Positions 50,437 to 61,195 of a stretch of 64,000 nt of DNA are shown here, one piece after another. The notes under the pieces are model-generated. The model searched no databases. It was not told the origin of the DNA and saw only the letters and a program-made list of their open reading frames with translations. The translations under genes and the position numbers were made by a program. How positions within the stretch are numbered: the first letter of the stretch is position 1; each line of letters starts with the position of its first letter. Source of the DNA: Promethearchaeota archaeon (GTDB lineage Archaea > Asgardarchaeota > Lokiarchaeia > Sigyniarchaeales > SOKP01); assembly GCA_048937405.1 (NCBI GenBank), contig JBHLNF010000011.1, forward strand, positions 1 to 64,000, written 5' to 3'.

Positions 50437-50706
50437 ATGAGAAAAATCTCAATGATAACAAATGAAGATGAAATTAATAAAAAAATTAAGCTAACCAGCA
50501 AGATCTTAAGTAATGTTCATGAAATATTGGAATTATTTAAACCACTTCTAATTAAAATGATTAATATGCCAGAGGCTGAAGATTATAAAAAAAATGGAAA
50601 TTTTTTAAGAGCTGCATCATTATTTAGTAAAATCTCTGATTTATGTGAAGAGATTGAAACCATTTCCTTTTGTTCAGTAGATTTTCTTAAAAGCCTAGGT
50701 AACTAA
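50437..50706 (+). CDS. Hypothetical small helical protein
   Basis: 89-aa ORF; no motif. Confidence 0.6.
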   Translation: MRKISMITNEDEINKKIKLTSKILSNVHEILELFKPLLIKMINMPEAEDYKKNGNFLRAASLFSKISDLCEEIETISFCSVDFLKSLGN

Positions 50707-50805
50707 ACTTATTGCTAAATCTATTTATCTTCTTTTAAAGAAAAGGTTTATAAAATAAAGATTCACCTTTTTATCGAAATATCGTAATTTGAAAGGTTTC
50801 AAGAG

Positions 50806-50876
50806 TGCGCCCGCCGGGAATTGAACCCGGGACGCTGGCTTGGGAAGCCAGCATATTACCACTATACTACGAGCGC
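50806..50876 (-). tRNA. tRNA-Gly(CCC)
   Basis: GCGCTCG/CGGGCGC-A acceptor; CTGGC TTCCCAA GCCAG anticodon arm; CCGGG TTCAATT CCCGG T-arm; CCA not encoded. Confidence 0.97.
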
Positions 50877-51201
50877 CAATTTATATGAGATTTGTGCTAT
50901 TGAGGGGACTTTTTTTGGGATATATATTAATTAAATTTGATTACCTAATTAAAACTTTTTGATAACTGACAGAAGTATTTATTTTGTATCAGTATATAGA
51001 ACAATTAGATAATCTCCATACAAATATAACATTAAGTTACTATGTTTTTCATATTTTATACATCAATATTAAAAATATTTACTTTGTTTTTGAAATCATA
51101 GCTGTGATATACTAAATAATGAACATTCATTAAAAATTCAATAAAAAAAAAGTTATAATAAAAAAGAATACATTGAGGATATTATATGGTGAAGCAGATT
51201 T

Positions 51202-52320
51202 ATGAGAAATGAAGAATTATTAAGAAATTCAGAGGAAAAATATAAGTTAATTTTAGATAATGCTAATGACTTAATTACAATTTTAAATGATAAATTAGAG
51301 CATGAATATATTAATGAGAAAGCAGTTTTTGAATGTTTGGGCTATTTAAGAGAAGATCTAATTGGAAAATCCGCACTTATTAACATTCATCCAGACGATG
51401 TGAAAATCGCCACTAAAACTATAAGGAATTTATTTAAATATGGGGAAAGTAGAAATGAAATGAGACTGAAGCATAAAGATGGACATTATCTTTGGTTTGA
51501 ACATAAAGGGAAAAAATTCATTGATACAGAGGGAACAGCTAAAGCAATAATAATTTCCCGAGATATAACTGAACGCAAGAAGGCTGAAAGTATTCAACTT
51601 GAAGAATATAAAAAATTAGAAGAATTAAGTCAAATAAAAAGTGAATTAATAATGAAAGCATCTCATGAACTCAAAACTCCATTGAACTCTGTTTATGCCG
51701 CATCGCAGCTTCTTTTAAGAAATTTCAAAAATAAATTTGAAGAGAATGAATTGAATTTTCTTGAAATTATATATAGAGGAAGTCAAAAATTAAGACTTTT
51801 GATTGATAATCTGCTTGACATATCTAAATTAGAATCAGATGAATTGAAACTGGACTTGAAAGATGAGGATCTTGTTGAATTAATAAAAGATTGCGTTAAC
51901 GATTTAAAACTTAGAGCGGATAAAAAAAAGCTTAATATTAAAGTTAATTTACCTGAAAAATGTATTTTGTGTATTGATAGAATTAGATTAGAGCAAGTGA
52001 TAATTAATCTGTTATCTAATGCAATAAAATATACACCTTCTGAGGGAGCTATTTTTATAAATTTAAATGACAAAAAAGAAAACATAGAATTCTCAGTTAA
52101 AGATACTGGGATTGGAATTACAAAGAAAGAAAAAGGACAATTGTTTAAAAAGTTTGGTAAAATCAATAGAATTAATTATTATTCTGATATTAGTACTGAA
52201 GGAGCTGGTTTGGGGTTATATATTTCTAAAGAAATTGTTGAACTTCATAAGGGTAAAATAATTGTACAATCTCAAGGTAGAAATAAAGGATCAACTTTTA
52301 TAATTAGTTTCCCTAAATAA
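51202..52320 (+). CDS. PAS-domain sensor histidine kinase
   Basis: IHPDD PAS, SHELKTPL, NLLSNAIKYT, DTGIG, GAGLGLYISK. Confidence 0.95.
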   Translation: MRNEELLRNSEEKYKLILDNANDLITILNDKLEHEYINEKAVFECLGYLREDLIGKSALINIHPDDVKIATKTIRNLFKYGESRNEMRLKHKDGHYLWFEHKGKKFIDTEGTAKAIIISRDITERKKAESIQLEEYKKLEELSQIKSELIMKASHELKTPLNSVYAASQLLLRNFKNKFEENELNFLEIIYRGSQKLRLLIDNLLDISKLESDELKLDLKDEDLVELIKDCVNDLKLRADKKKLNIKVNLPEKCILCIDRIRLEQVIINLLSNAIKYTPSEGAIFINLNDKKENIEFSVKDTGIGITKKEKGQLFKKFGKINRINYYSDISTEGAGLGLYISKEIVELHKGKIIVQSQGRNKGSTFIISFPK

Positions 52321-52482
52321 CTTGTTTTCAATATTCTGAACAGCTCTAATTTGAAATATAAATGAGTTTATAAGGAGTATTACTTTTTAAGGTCTTAATT
52401 TAGTTTCCCCATCACAAAAAGACATTTATAATTAACCTATTAAATTATATTCTTTTTTAAGTCAATTTACGAGCATTTTAAA

Positions 52483-53133
52483 ATGGAAAATTTCAGGATA
52501 AACATTAATAAAACTTTACAGAAAATATCATTTGGTGCATATGGATTAATATCTATTATATTTGGAGCTATAGGTGATTTAATTGCATATTTGATGTATC
52601 CAGGATATAATCCTTTACGAAGAGCTGTAAGTTCATTATGTTTAGGGCCAGGTTGGTTATTTTTTCAATCAGGTACCGTAATTTCAGGTTTCTTTGCACT
52701 TTTATATTTAATTTCTCTTGAAAAAACATTTAATAAGGAAGAAGTCAATAATAATGTTAGAAAGTATGCTAAAATTTCAGGAACAATTTCCTGTACAACT
52801 TTTATGACATTAGGTGTTTTTTGCGGTTCTAATCTAATAATTGCATACATTCATGGAATTAGTGCTTTGATCACTTGGATTTCTGGTTTATTATATATTA
52901 GTTTTTATAATTTTTTAATAATTAATTCATCAAATTATTCAAAAAAACTAGGTTATTGTGGATTAATTACAACCTTTACTTTGGGTTTAATGTTGGTTTT
53001 CTTTTTATTACATTTATTTCCAGCTTTGAGATTTTTAATGATTATTTTACCTAGTTTGGAATGGTTGAATACGTTATCACTAATTGTATGGTATCTGATT
53101 ACATCGATTTATGTTATTCATAAAAAATATTAA
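52483..53133 (+). CDS. DUF998-family membrane protein
   Basis: YPGYNP....VSSL..GP, conserved His (YIHG), LEW; about 6 TMs. Confidence 0.75.
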   Translation: MENFRININKTLQKISFGAYGLISIIFGAIGDLIAYLMYPGYNPLRRAVSSLCLGPGWLFFQSGTVISGFFALLYLISLEKTFNKEEVNNNVRKYAKISGTISCTTFMTLGVFCGSNLIIAYIHGISALITWISGLLYISFYNFLIINSSNYSKKLGYCGLITTFTLGLMLVFFLLHLFPALRFLMIILPSLEWLNTLSLIVWYLITSIYVIHKKY

Positions 53134-53216
53134 GGATCTATTAGAAAGATATTTTTACTATTATAATTTTTAAGCTATTATATGATTTTTAAAGTAATAA
53201 ATGGAGATTGTTTATT

Positions 53217-53918
53217 ATGAAAAAAGTAAATGAATTTTTTGATAATATCTTTAATTACACTTCTGGATATAATTTTGGTTTCCTTGCATTTATAATAGGT
53301 TATTCAGGAATTTATTTAGCACTTTTAATATCTGCTTTAATGGGAGAGTATATAATGTGGGAGGAATCGATTAGTGTATTAGGACTTGTTGCAGGGGGAC
53401 CTTATTTAAGAGTTGGATTAATAAGTTCTTATATTCTTGCAATTCCATTTATTATTTATTTAGGAAGACTATTGAAAAATGAGAATATTAATGAAAATTT
53501 AAGAAAGATAACTATTGTAGTTAGTATTTTTTCTTCTATAACTGCTGTATTAACAGGAATATTTTCAGGTATAAATGAGTTCATCAGTAGCTTACATGGT
53601 TTATTTGCTCTTCTAAGTTGGATTGGAGGGGCTATAGCATGTAGTCTTTTTGGTTGCTTAATGTTAAAAAATCCGAAATTTTCAAAATCTATTATTTATT
53701 TTAATTTTATAATTGCTGGGATTTTTGTTTCTTATCTAATACCATTTTTCATAACAAATTTCTGTGATTGTTTTTCTGAGATATGCTATTCATTTGGTCG
53801 TGCTATATACACCATAATGCCTATTTATGAATGGACAGTAATGTTTTCCATTTTGATCTGGTATTTTGGCAACGCTACTTATCTATTAAATAATAAATCT
53901 ATAACTGTGAATGATTAA
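53217..53918 (+). CDS. DUF998-family membrane protein (paralog)
   Basis: SISVLG, LHG, YEW; about 6 TMs; ATG 53217 or TTG 53208. Confidence 0.7.
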   Translation: MKKVNEFFDNIFNYTSGYNFGFLAFIIGYSGIYLALLISALMGEYIMWEESISVLGLVAGGPYLRVGLISSYILAIPFIIYLGRLLKNENINENLRKITIVVSIFSSITAVLTGIFSGINEFISSLHGLFALLSWIGGAIACSLFGCLMLKNPKFSKSIIYFNFIIAGIFVSYLIPFFITNFCDCFSEICYSFGRAIYTIMPIYEWTVMFSILIWYFGNATYLLNNKSITVND

Positions 53919-54041
53919 ATTATAGTTTTTCTAAAAATTTATATAGTTCTCTGATTTTATTTCGGGGTATAATCAATACTTTATTTAATCTTTAAAAGGA
54001 TTTAATTATTATAGGAACCTACATCATATTAAAATAAAATA

Positions 54042-54731
54042 ATGAAAGCGATTATTGAAATGCAAATTAAATATGAAAGAAATATTCAAATTAATAAAAA
54101 GGATGCATTGATAATTGTTGATATACAAAACGATTTTCTTCCCGGAGGCGCATTAGCGGTAAATGAGGGAGACTTAATTATTGATGATATTAATAAACTC
54201 GCTCAAAAATTTAAAGATAATAAGGTTATCATTGTATTAACTCAAGATTGGCATCCAAAAAATCATTTATCGTTTGCTAGTAATCATAAAGGGAAAAAAC
54301 CAGGAGATGAATATACATCGAAAAATGGAGCTATTGGTCCAGTTTTATGGCCTGATCACTGTATACAAGGTACTAATGGGGCAAAATTTCATAAAGATCT
54401 AAATACACAATTAGCAAATAAGATTATTCAAAAAGGTATACGTCGCAAGGTTGATAGTTATTCTGGATTTCGGGATAATGATAAAAAAACTGAAACTGGT
54501 TTGAGAAAATATCTCAACTCAAAAAAAATTCAGCGAATTTTTATTTGTGGCTTAGCTCTAGATTATTGTTGCTACTATACAGCGATGGACGGTCTTGAGT
54601 TTGGTTATGAAGTATATTTCATAGAGCGATTAACAAGGGGAGTTGATTTACCAGAAGGTAATATAAATAATGCTCTTAGTAATATGAAGAAATCAGGTAT
54701 CACATTTGCGGATATTGATAGTTTCAAATAA
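54042..54731 (+). CDS. pncA: Nicotinamidase/pyrazinamidase
   Basis: VDIQNDFLPGGAL, TQDWHP..H.SF, WPDHCIQGT.GA, DSYSGF, GLALDYC. Confidence 0.95.
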   Translation: MKAIIEMQIKYERNIQINKKDALIIVDIQNDFLPGGALAVNEGDLIIDDINKLAQKFKDNKVIIVLTQDWHPKNHLSFASNHKGKKPGDEYTSKNGAIGPVLWPDHCIQGTNGAKFHKDLNTQLANKIIQKGIRRKVDSYSGFRDNDKKTETGLRKYLNSKKIQRIFICGLALDYCCYYTAMDGLEFGYEVYFIERLTRGVDLPEGNINNALSNMKKSGITFADIDSFK

Positions 54732-54770
54732 TAATAACAGTTTTTTTTAATCTTTCTTTTTAACTTCATA

Positions 54771-55247
54771 ATGGTTAATAAATTCCCTTATCACTCTATT
54801 TTGGTAGTATGTTCTGTAAACACTGCTAGATCAAGAATGGCAGAAGGTTTTTTAAGAGATTTTTTCAAAAAAATGAATTTTGGAATTAAAGTGAATTCTG
54901 GGGGTATTGCTCCTAATGCCAGAGATGGAATGACAATATCAATGGATGCAAAACTAGTTATGGAAGAAGTTGGAATTAAATTATCAGATAGTGCTTTATC
55001 AATTGATTTAAAGAGGCATCATGAATATATAAAGGATGCTGATTTAATTCTCACCTTAACAAACAAACACAAAGAAGATATCCAAAATATTTTTAATATA
55101 AATAGTAAAGATATTTTAACAATAAAAGAATTTGCTGAAGAAAAGGGAGATATTGAAGATCCTTCAATGAATGAAGCACTTTTTCGAGCAGTAAGAGATG
55201 AAATTATCAATAGTTTAATGAAAGGATTAAATAAATATGAGTTTTAA
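54771..55247 (+). CDS. Low-molecular-weight protein phosphatase/ArsC family
   Basis: VCSVNTARSRMAEG (Cx5R P-loop), ADLILTL, DIEDP. Confidence 0.85.
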   Translation: MVNKFPYHSILVVCSVNTARSRMAEGFLRDFFKKMNFGIKVNSGGIAPNARDGMTISMDAKLVMEEVGIKLSDSALSIDLKRHHEYIKDADLILTLTNKHKEDIQNIFNINSKDILTIKEFAEEKGDIEDPSMNEALFRAVRDEIINSLMKGLNKYEF

Positions 55248-55250
55248 ATC

Positions 55251-56096
55251 ATGATTGAGTACATCATAATTGCTATTCTTCAAGGTTTATTTGAATGGCT
55301 TCCAATATCCTCTAGCGGTCAAACTATGATTATTTCTATGAATATATTTGGTATATCTGCTGATGAAGCATTCAGTCTTAGCATATGGTTACATTTAGGT
55401 ACAACCTTAGCTGTTTTATTGAAGTTTAAAACAGATTATATTAAGATTATAAAAAGTATTATACCACGGACATTTATCATAGATGAAATTGATATCAGAA
55501 AGAGAAATTGGTTGATATATGCTACGATTGGGACAGCAATTACAGCCTTACCACTTTATTTTATCTTTAGATTTATCATTTCAGGCGCATTTACTCCATT
55601 CCAAGGGGACTTAATCACTCTATTAGTTTGTGGATTATTGATTATTACTGGTATAATTTTATTGAAATCAAGAAAAATCTATGGAGAAAATTCTATAGAA
55701 AAAGTGCCAGAAAAATTCATACGAAAAGATAGTTTTGTATCTGGGCTAATTCAAGGTTTCTCGATATTACCTGGTATCTCCCGTTCTGGAGTTACTGTTT
55801 CATCAATTCTAATAGAAAATTATGACCAAGATAATGCTCTAAGATTAAGTTTTTTAATGTCTGCACCTGTTGTTATTGCTTCAATCATAGTTGATATAAT
55901 TTTTGGGGGGAATTCAATATTTCGAGTAATTAGTCCTGTTATTATTGTTATCACGGTATTGATTTCTTTTATAATTGGCTATTTATCCATAGAGTTCTTA
56001 CTTAAAATAGCTCAAAAAATTAGCTTTGGTTATTTCTGCATTTTATATGGTGTAATAGCTTGTTTGATTATTATTCCTTTTATGATAATATCTTAA
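55251..56096 (+). CDS. uppP: Polyprenyl-diphosphate phosphatase (UppP/BacA)
   Basis: QGLFEWLPISSSG, HLGT, PGISRSG.T, SFLMS.P. Confidence 0.92.
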   Translation: MIEYIIIAILQGLFEWLPISSSGQTMIISMNIFGISADEAFSLSIWLHLGTTLAVLLKFKTDYIKIIKSIIPRTFIIDEIDIRKRNWLIYATIGTAITALPLYFIFRFIISGAFTPFQGDLITLLVCGLLIITGIILLKSRKIYGENSIEKVPEKFIRKDSFVSGLIQGFSILPGISRSGVTVSSILIENYDQDNALRLSFLMSAPVVIASIIVDIIFGGNSIFRVISPVIIVITVLISFIIGYLSIEFLLKIAQKISFGYFCILYGVIACLIIIPFMIIS

Positions 56097-56986
56097 AGGT
56101 TTTCTATAAAGTTCTCAATAAAATTTTTTAACTCTAAATCTGCTTTGGGAATTCCTTTAAAACTTGGAAAATCATTTAAATCTATAATATAATATTTATC
56201 AAAGTCAACTGGTCGAACTAAATCAAATCCGAAAATCTTGAGATTTAATTCTTTAGATAAAATTTTTGATAATTTCTTAATATCTTCTGTTACTTCAAAC
56301 TCTTCTCGCTCAATTAAACTTACATCAATATTTTCTGGTTTATCTCTTAAATAAATATAAATAGGATTTTCCCTCTCAATACCGAATACCTTATCACCAA
56401 TCACATATATTTTTCTCTCAATACCATCACATTCTATAAATTCTTGAATATATACATCATAAGATAGGAATTCTTTATATCTCTCACAAAATTTATCTAT
56501 ATCCTCAATCTTTTGAACCAAAAAGTTGAATCTATTGTATTTATCATGTTGATAATGACTTTTAATAACTATAGGTAACTTTTTTGATACCCATTTCTTA
56601 AATTTTTCAAGATCAGACAATGACTGGTTCCAAGAATTGGGTAGTAAAAAATTTTCAAGAACTTTTTTATGTGTATTGAATATTTTTCTTATAGCATAAT
56701 CAAGAGCAATTTTATTCATACATAATAATACAGTATCTATATTGTGAAGTGTGGGGAGATTATAGATTTTAGCATAATGTAATAAATCTATAGAACATTC
56801 ATTCCTGACTTTTACTATAATTAAGTCTGTTTCTAATAATTCTGGCGGCATTTCAGAAAGACAGTAGAAATGTTTTGTCGGATCATGCAATATCAGTTTA
56901 ATATTTTTAATCTCCTTTAACTTCTTAATTAACTTTGTAATAACTTCATGATCTTGTCTTGCGGAAAAAAAAATTTTTTTTTTCAT
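56093..56986 (-). CDS. ATP-grasp protein, ITPK1-like inositol phosphate kinase
   Basis: YIQEFI..DG.ERKIYVIGD, IFGFDLV, YYIIDLNDFPSF (compare ITPK1 QEF..KVYVVG, FGFD, IDINYFPGY); next to ino1. ATG 56986 preferred to TTG 57043. Confidence 0.75.
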   Translation of the reverse strand: MKKKIFFSARQDHEVITKLIKKLKEIKNIKLILHDPTKHFYCLSEMPPELLETDLIIVKVRNECSIDLLHYAKIYNLPTLHNIDTVLLCMNKIALDYAIRKIFNTHKKVLENFLLPNSWNQSLSDLEKFKKWVSKKLPIVIKSHYQHDKYNRFNFLVQKIEDIDKFCERYKEFLSYDVYIQEFIECDGIERKIYVIGDKVFGIERENPIYIYLRDKPENIDVSLIEREEFEVTEDIKKLSKILSKELNLKIFGFDLVRPVDFDKYYIIDLNDFPSFKGIPKADLELKNFIENFIENL

Positions 56987-57242
56987 TGATTTGGTAATAG
57001 TTTTTATCCCATATTTATTGTTATAATATTTTAATGCTTTCAATCCACATATAGTATATTTAATAATAATTTAATAATTAAAACATCATTTATAGGTTAA
57101 GATTACTTAATTAAAATTAAAACTTGAGTTCAATTCTATTAAATTCACCTTTATTTATCTTTATGATTCATACATCTAAGTATTAAATCTTTATGGTATT
57201 TTAAAATGATTTAAATATTATTACTATATTATACAAAATATC

Positions 57243-58337
57243 ATGGCTAATAATATTATTAATGTTGCTTTAATTGGTGTTGGTGATGTAGCTTCAGCTC
57301 TCGTTCAGGGTGTTGAAAATTACAAGAAAAATCCAGAAAAAACAATAGGCATAATTCCAGAAATTACTCAATATAGTATACATGATATCAATTTTGTTTT
57401 AGGAATTGATGTTAATTCAAATAAAGTCGGAAAAGATATGAGTGAAGCAATTTTTGAACCACCAAATTGTAATATGAAACTATTTGAGCCTGAGTTTTTA
57501 AATGCTCCAGTGCTTAAAGGACCAGTTATGGATGGTTTAGATAGCAACATCAAAAATATTATACCTGTAGATGAATCCCAAGAACCAGTAAACATTACCA
57601 ATGAAATAAAGAGTAGGAAAATAGACGTTACAGTAATACTACTCCCTACTGGTTCTCATAAAGCAGTAAAATTTTATGCTATGAGTGCACTTGATGCCGG
57701 ATCATGTATTGTAAATGGAATGCCATCCTACGTAGTTAAAGATCCAGAAATCGTCGAAAAAGCTGAGAAATTAAAGCTTTCCTTAATTGGTGATGATGTA
57801 AAATCACAAATTGGAGCTACTATCATTCATCGCGCATTAGCTAATCTTTTTCCGATGCGTGGTGCTATATTGGACAAAACAATTCAATTAGATTGGGGTG
57901 GCTCGAGTGATTTCTGTAATCTTTTAACGACAATGCCAGATGGTTCTTTAAGATATGAAGAAGGAAAACGTCAATCTAAAACTGAAGCTGTGATTTCTAA
58001 TCTCCAAAATAAAAATACGGTTGATTGTCAAATTTCTGCTGTAGATTACATACCTTTTTTAAAGAATCAGAAAGAGGCTTATATGAGATTAGAAGGCCAA
58101 ATTTTTGGGGGTGCCCCAGTAAGAGTAGATATTACAATGTTTGTTGAGGATGGAAATAATTCGGCGGGAATTATTACAGATTGTATTAGGGTTACTCAAA
58201 TTGCTAGAGATAGAAAAATTGGGGGCGTTCTTAATTCCGCTTGTTCTTTTTTTGCTAAACATCCTACAGAGCAGTTAGAAGACTATATTGCTAAAAAAAG
58301 ATTATTAGAATTTTTAGAAAACAAGATAGAAAGGTAG
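57243..58337 (+). CDS. ino1: myo-Inositol-1-phosphate synthase
   Basis: VALIGVGDVASALVQG, KVGKD, LLPTGS, IGDDVKSQIGATIIHR, QLDWGGSSDF, NSAG. Confidence 0.93.
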   Translation: MANNIINVALIGVGDVASALVQGVENYKKNPEKTIGIIPEITQYSIHDINFVLGIDVNSNKVGKDMSEAIFEPPNCNMKLFEPEFLNAPVLKGPVMDGLDSNIKNIIPVDESQEPVNITNEIKSRKIDVTVILLPTGSHKAVKFYAMSALDAGSCIVNGMPSYVVKDPEIVEKAEKLKLSLIGDDVKSQIGATIIHRALANLFPMRGAILDKTIQLDWGGSSDFCNLLTTMPDGSLRYEEGKRQSKTEAVISNLQNKNTVDCQISAVDYIPFLKNQKEAYMRLEGQIFGGAPVRVDITMFVEDGNNSAGIITDCIRVTQIARDRKIGGVLNSACSFFAKHPTEQLEDYIAKKRLLEFLENKIER

Positions 58338-58376
58338 ATATATTTTAAGGTTGGAATAGTCTTCTAAACTTTATTC

Positions 58377-59285
58377 TCAAACTTTAATTGGTGTTTTATA
58401 TACTTGTTGCTGTAATATTACAAGATTGTATATATAATCAGAAATTAAACTCACTGCTTCAGGAATGCTTCTAAAACTTGGAAAATCATTAACATCGATA
58501 ATCTTTGGAATTCCATTTTTAGTTAATACATAATCAATTCCAAAAATAGATAATCCCATTTTTCTACCCAATCTTAATATTCTTCTTTTTAACTGTTTTT
58601 CTATTGGAACACGGATGTGAATCAATTCTAAAGGAGATAAATTTTCATTTAGTTGCAAACGGTTATGAGAAGTTATTGAGACCATCCAACGACCGATGAC
58701 ATAAATCTTGTATATAATTTCATATTCTCCTAAATATTCTTGGAAAAACAAATCATTTTCATTGAATTCTTCTTTTAAATTATTAAAATTTTCTAAATTT
58801 TCAGCAATTCCGATGATTCTTTCATTTTTTGGCAGTTCTGGTATATTATGTTTATCTAATTTAATTATAATTTTAGATCCATTAGAACATGCTTTCTTAG
58901 CTTCAATCAAGGAATAATAAGATTGAGGAATATCTAGATTTTTACATTTTTGTGATATTTTTCTAAAAGTTTCTCTCCTACTTTCGCAAATCTTAACAGC
59001 ATTAATACTATTAAGAAGAGGAATATTTGGAGCAATTTCTCTAATTGCTTGGTAAATTTCTTGATTATGATTATCAGACAATAATTTGATAATGATGAAT
59101 GAAATAGGGTATCTTTTAAGCTGTTTTTTTAAAAACTTAGCACTAAATGTATCTGATCCTTTCTTAAGTAGGTTTATTATAGAAATATTATAGTTTTTAC
59201 TACAGAACTTCTTGATTTTTTCAAAAACAATGAGGTCTCGATTACAAATAGAGCCTATATAGATCCTATTAAGCTTATTTGACAT
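58377..59285 (-). CDS. ATP-grasp protein, ITPK1-like
   Basis: FFQEYLG....YKIYVIG, GLSIFGIDYV, IIDVNDFPSF. Confidence 0.75.
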   Translation of the reverse strand: MSNKLNRIYIGSICNRDLIVFEKIKKFCSKNYNISIINLLKKGSDTFSAKFLKKQLKRYPISFIIIKLLSDNHNQEIYQAIREIAPNIPLLNSINAVKICESRRETFRKISQKCKNLDIPQSYYSLIEAKKACSNGSKIIIKLDKHNIPELPKNERIIGIAENLENFNNLKEEFNENDLFFQEYLGEYEIIYKIYVIGRWMVSITSHNRLQLNENLSPLELIHIRVPIEKQLKRRILRLGRKMGLSIFGIDYVLTKNGIPKIIDVNDFPSFRSIPEAVSLISDYIYNLVILQQQVYKTPIKV

Positions 59286-59537
59286 GTAAAAATCCCTAAT
59301 ATTTTGATGAATTATGAGTTAATTATGTTATTTAAATATATTGATTAATTCCTGTTGTTAAACGCTTTAGTAGTAAAAAATCCTTACAATTTCAACTTAC
59401 TTGAAAATCACCAGTTTAATTTCAGAATTAATAGTTTAAATTTTAATTCTAAGTGTATTTATTTTAAATATTTTTTTTATTTAATATTAAATAAATTAAC
59501 CGTTTTTTTTTTATAAAATATACTCAAGGTAAATTAT

Positions 59538-60353
59538 GTGACAAAAATAGGAATACTAATCGATAAATACCATCTAGAAAATAAAGTCACTGATTTTATA
59601 CAATATTTAAAATCGAAAGCAGAAATAAAAATATATATTGAGGAATCTTATTTATTTAATAGTTCCAAATCTACTTTCGATGAAGATTTATTCTTTACAA
59701 AAGCGAAGGGAGATTTAATTTTAGCATTTATTAAATTAATTGAAGAAGAATCTTCTATTCCCATAATAAATTCTTTTAAAGGTACTTGGTTGGCAATTAA
59801 TAGATTCTTAAATAGTGTTTTTTTAAAAAAAGCAGGAATTCCGATTGCTGAATTCTCGTTGAATCCTAAAGGAAGCGATCCTCCGTTTAGAGATTTTATT
59901 ATAAAAAATATTATAGATCAGAAAAATTATAAATTTAAACCAATAGTAAATAAAGTTAATGGAAGACTCAATGTAGCTGATGAAAGAGCTTTAAATGAAG
60001 TTGATAAAACTAATCCAAAATATAATTATCTTTATTATCAAAAATTCATAAAAAGCAAATGGGAATATAAAATCTATGGTATTGGGGAAGAAGTTTTTTT
60101 CTATAAGCAATTACCTATATTAGTAAATCCTAATAAAACAGAATCTAGAAAAAAAATTGATGACATTCCTGAATTAAAAGAATATTGCTATAAAGCAATG
60201 GAAGTTATGGATTTAAAATTAACTTCATTAGATTTTTTAAAATCAAAAGATCAATTTTATTTAACAGACATTAATTGTACTCCAAATTTTAATTATATAA
60301 AAGATGGTCATAAAATAGTTGCGAATTATTTATTAAAACAAGCAAAACAGTAA
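59538..60353 (+). CDS. ATP-grasp protein, ITPK1/RimK-like
   Basis: YYQKFI...EYKIYGIG, TSLDFL, FYLTDINCTPNF. Confidence 0.7.
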   Translation: MTKIGILIDKYHLENKVTDFIQYLKSKAEIKIYIEESYLFNSSKSTFDEDLFFTKAKGDLILAFIKLIEEESSIPIINSFKGTWLAINRFLNSVFLKKAGIPIAEFSLNPKGSDPPFRDFIIKNIIDQKNYKFKPIVNKVNGRLNVADERALNEVDKTNPKYNYLYYQKFIKSKWEYKIYGIGEEVFFYKQLPILVNPNKTESRKKIDDIPELKEYCYKAMEVMDLKLTSLDFLKSKDQFYLTDINCTPNFNYIKDGHKIVANYLLKQAKQ

Positions 60354-60358
60354 AGTTT

Positions 60359-61159
60359 ATGAGAAATATGAATATCGGAATTTTATCAAAAAGAACAACC
60401 ATGCTCACTGGTAAACTAAAAAAGTGTTTAGAGAATAGAGGATTTAATGTTTCAATATATACTTTAGATAATTTAGTGATTAATCAAAACCTCTTAAATC
60501 AAGATTTTTATATACTGAAATCAAAAAACTTATTTTTTCTTTATGCGGGATATTTTTTAGAGGCAAATGGTATCCCAGTTATTCCAAAACCAGATATCTC
60601 TTTTGTACAAAAACATCGCATACATTCTAATTTAGTAATGAAAAAAATAGGTTTAACGACTCCAGAAATTTATCTTGGTACATTTGATACATTTAAAAAA
60701 CAATTTAAATTAGAAGATTTTCCTTTTATTTTAAAACCAATAATGGGTTCAGGAAGTAAGGGTGTTAAAATTATTAGATCATTTAAAGATTTGAATTCAA
60801 AAGATAAAGCCATATTATACTTAGAGAAATTTATTAACGGTGTTCATTACAATGTATATTTCATTGATAATGAAATATGCACATTAATTAAACCTCCATT
60901 ATCGCATGAACATGTTGATATGAAATTAATTGAAACTCCAGATGATATACAGAATCTAATACAAAAATGGAGAAATTACTTCAATGGAGATTTATTATTT
61001 GGACACTTAGATATTGTAAGAGAGGAATTTACTAATAAATTATATGTTGTGGATCCTGGTTCATTTCCAGAATTTACTAATTGGAAGTGTAAAATTTCAC
61101 CCATTGAAAATATTTGTAATATTATTTTAGAAAAATATCAAGATTTAAATAAAAAATAA
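60359..61159 (+). CDS. ATP-grasp protein, divergent ITPK1/RimK-like
   Basis: FPFILKPIMGSGSKGV, YLEKFI, FGHLDIV, YVVDPGSFPEF. Confidence 0.7.
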   Translation: MRNMNIGILSKRTTMLTGKLKKCLENRGFNVSIYTLDNLVINQNLLNQDFYILKSKNLFFLYAGYFLEANGIPVIPKPDISFVQKHRIHSNLVMKKIGLTTPEIYLGTFDTFKKQFKLEDFPFILKPIMGSGSKGVKIIRSFKDLNSKDKAILYLEKFINGVHYNVYFIDNEICTLIKPPLSHEHVDMKLIETPDDIQNLIQKWRNYFNGDLLFGHLDIVREEFTNKLYVVDPGSFPEFTNWKCKISPIENICNIILEKYQDLNKK

Positions 61160-61195
61160 AATAATTTATGATTTTTGATTAATAGTTTTTGAAAA

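Noticed and set aside
56093-61159. ATP-grasp cluster as a RimK/graspetide RiPP system
   Set aside because: No precursor peptide seen; DxNxFP-type motifs and linkage to ino1 favour inositol phosphate kinases.
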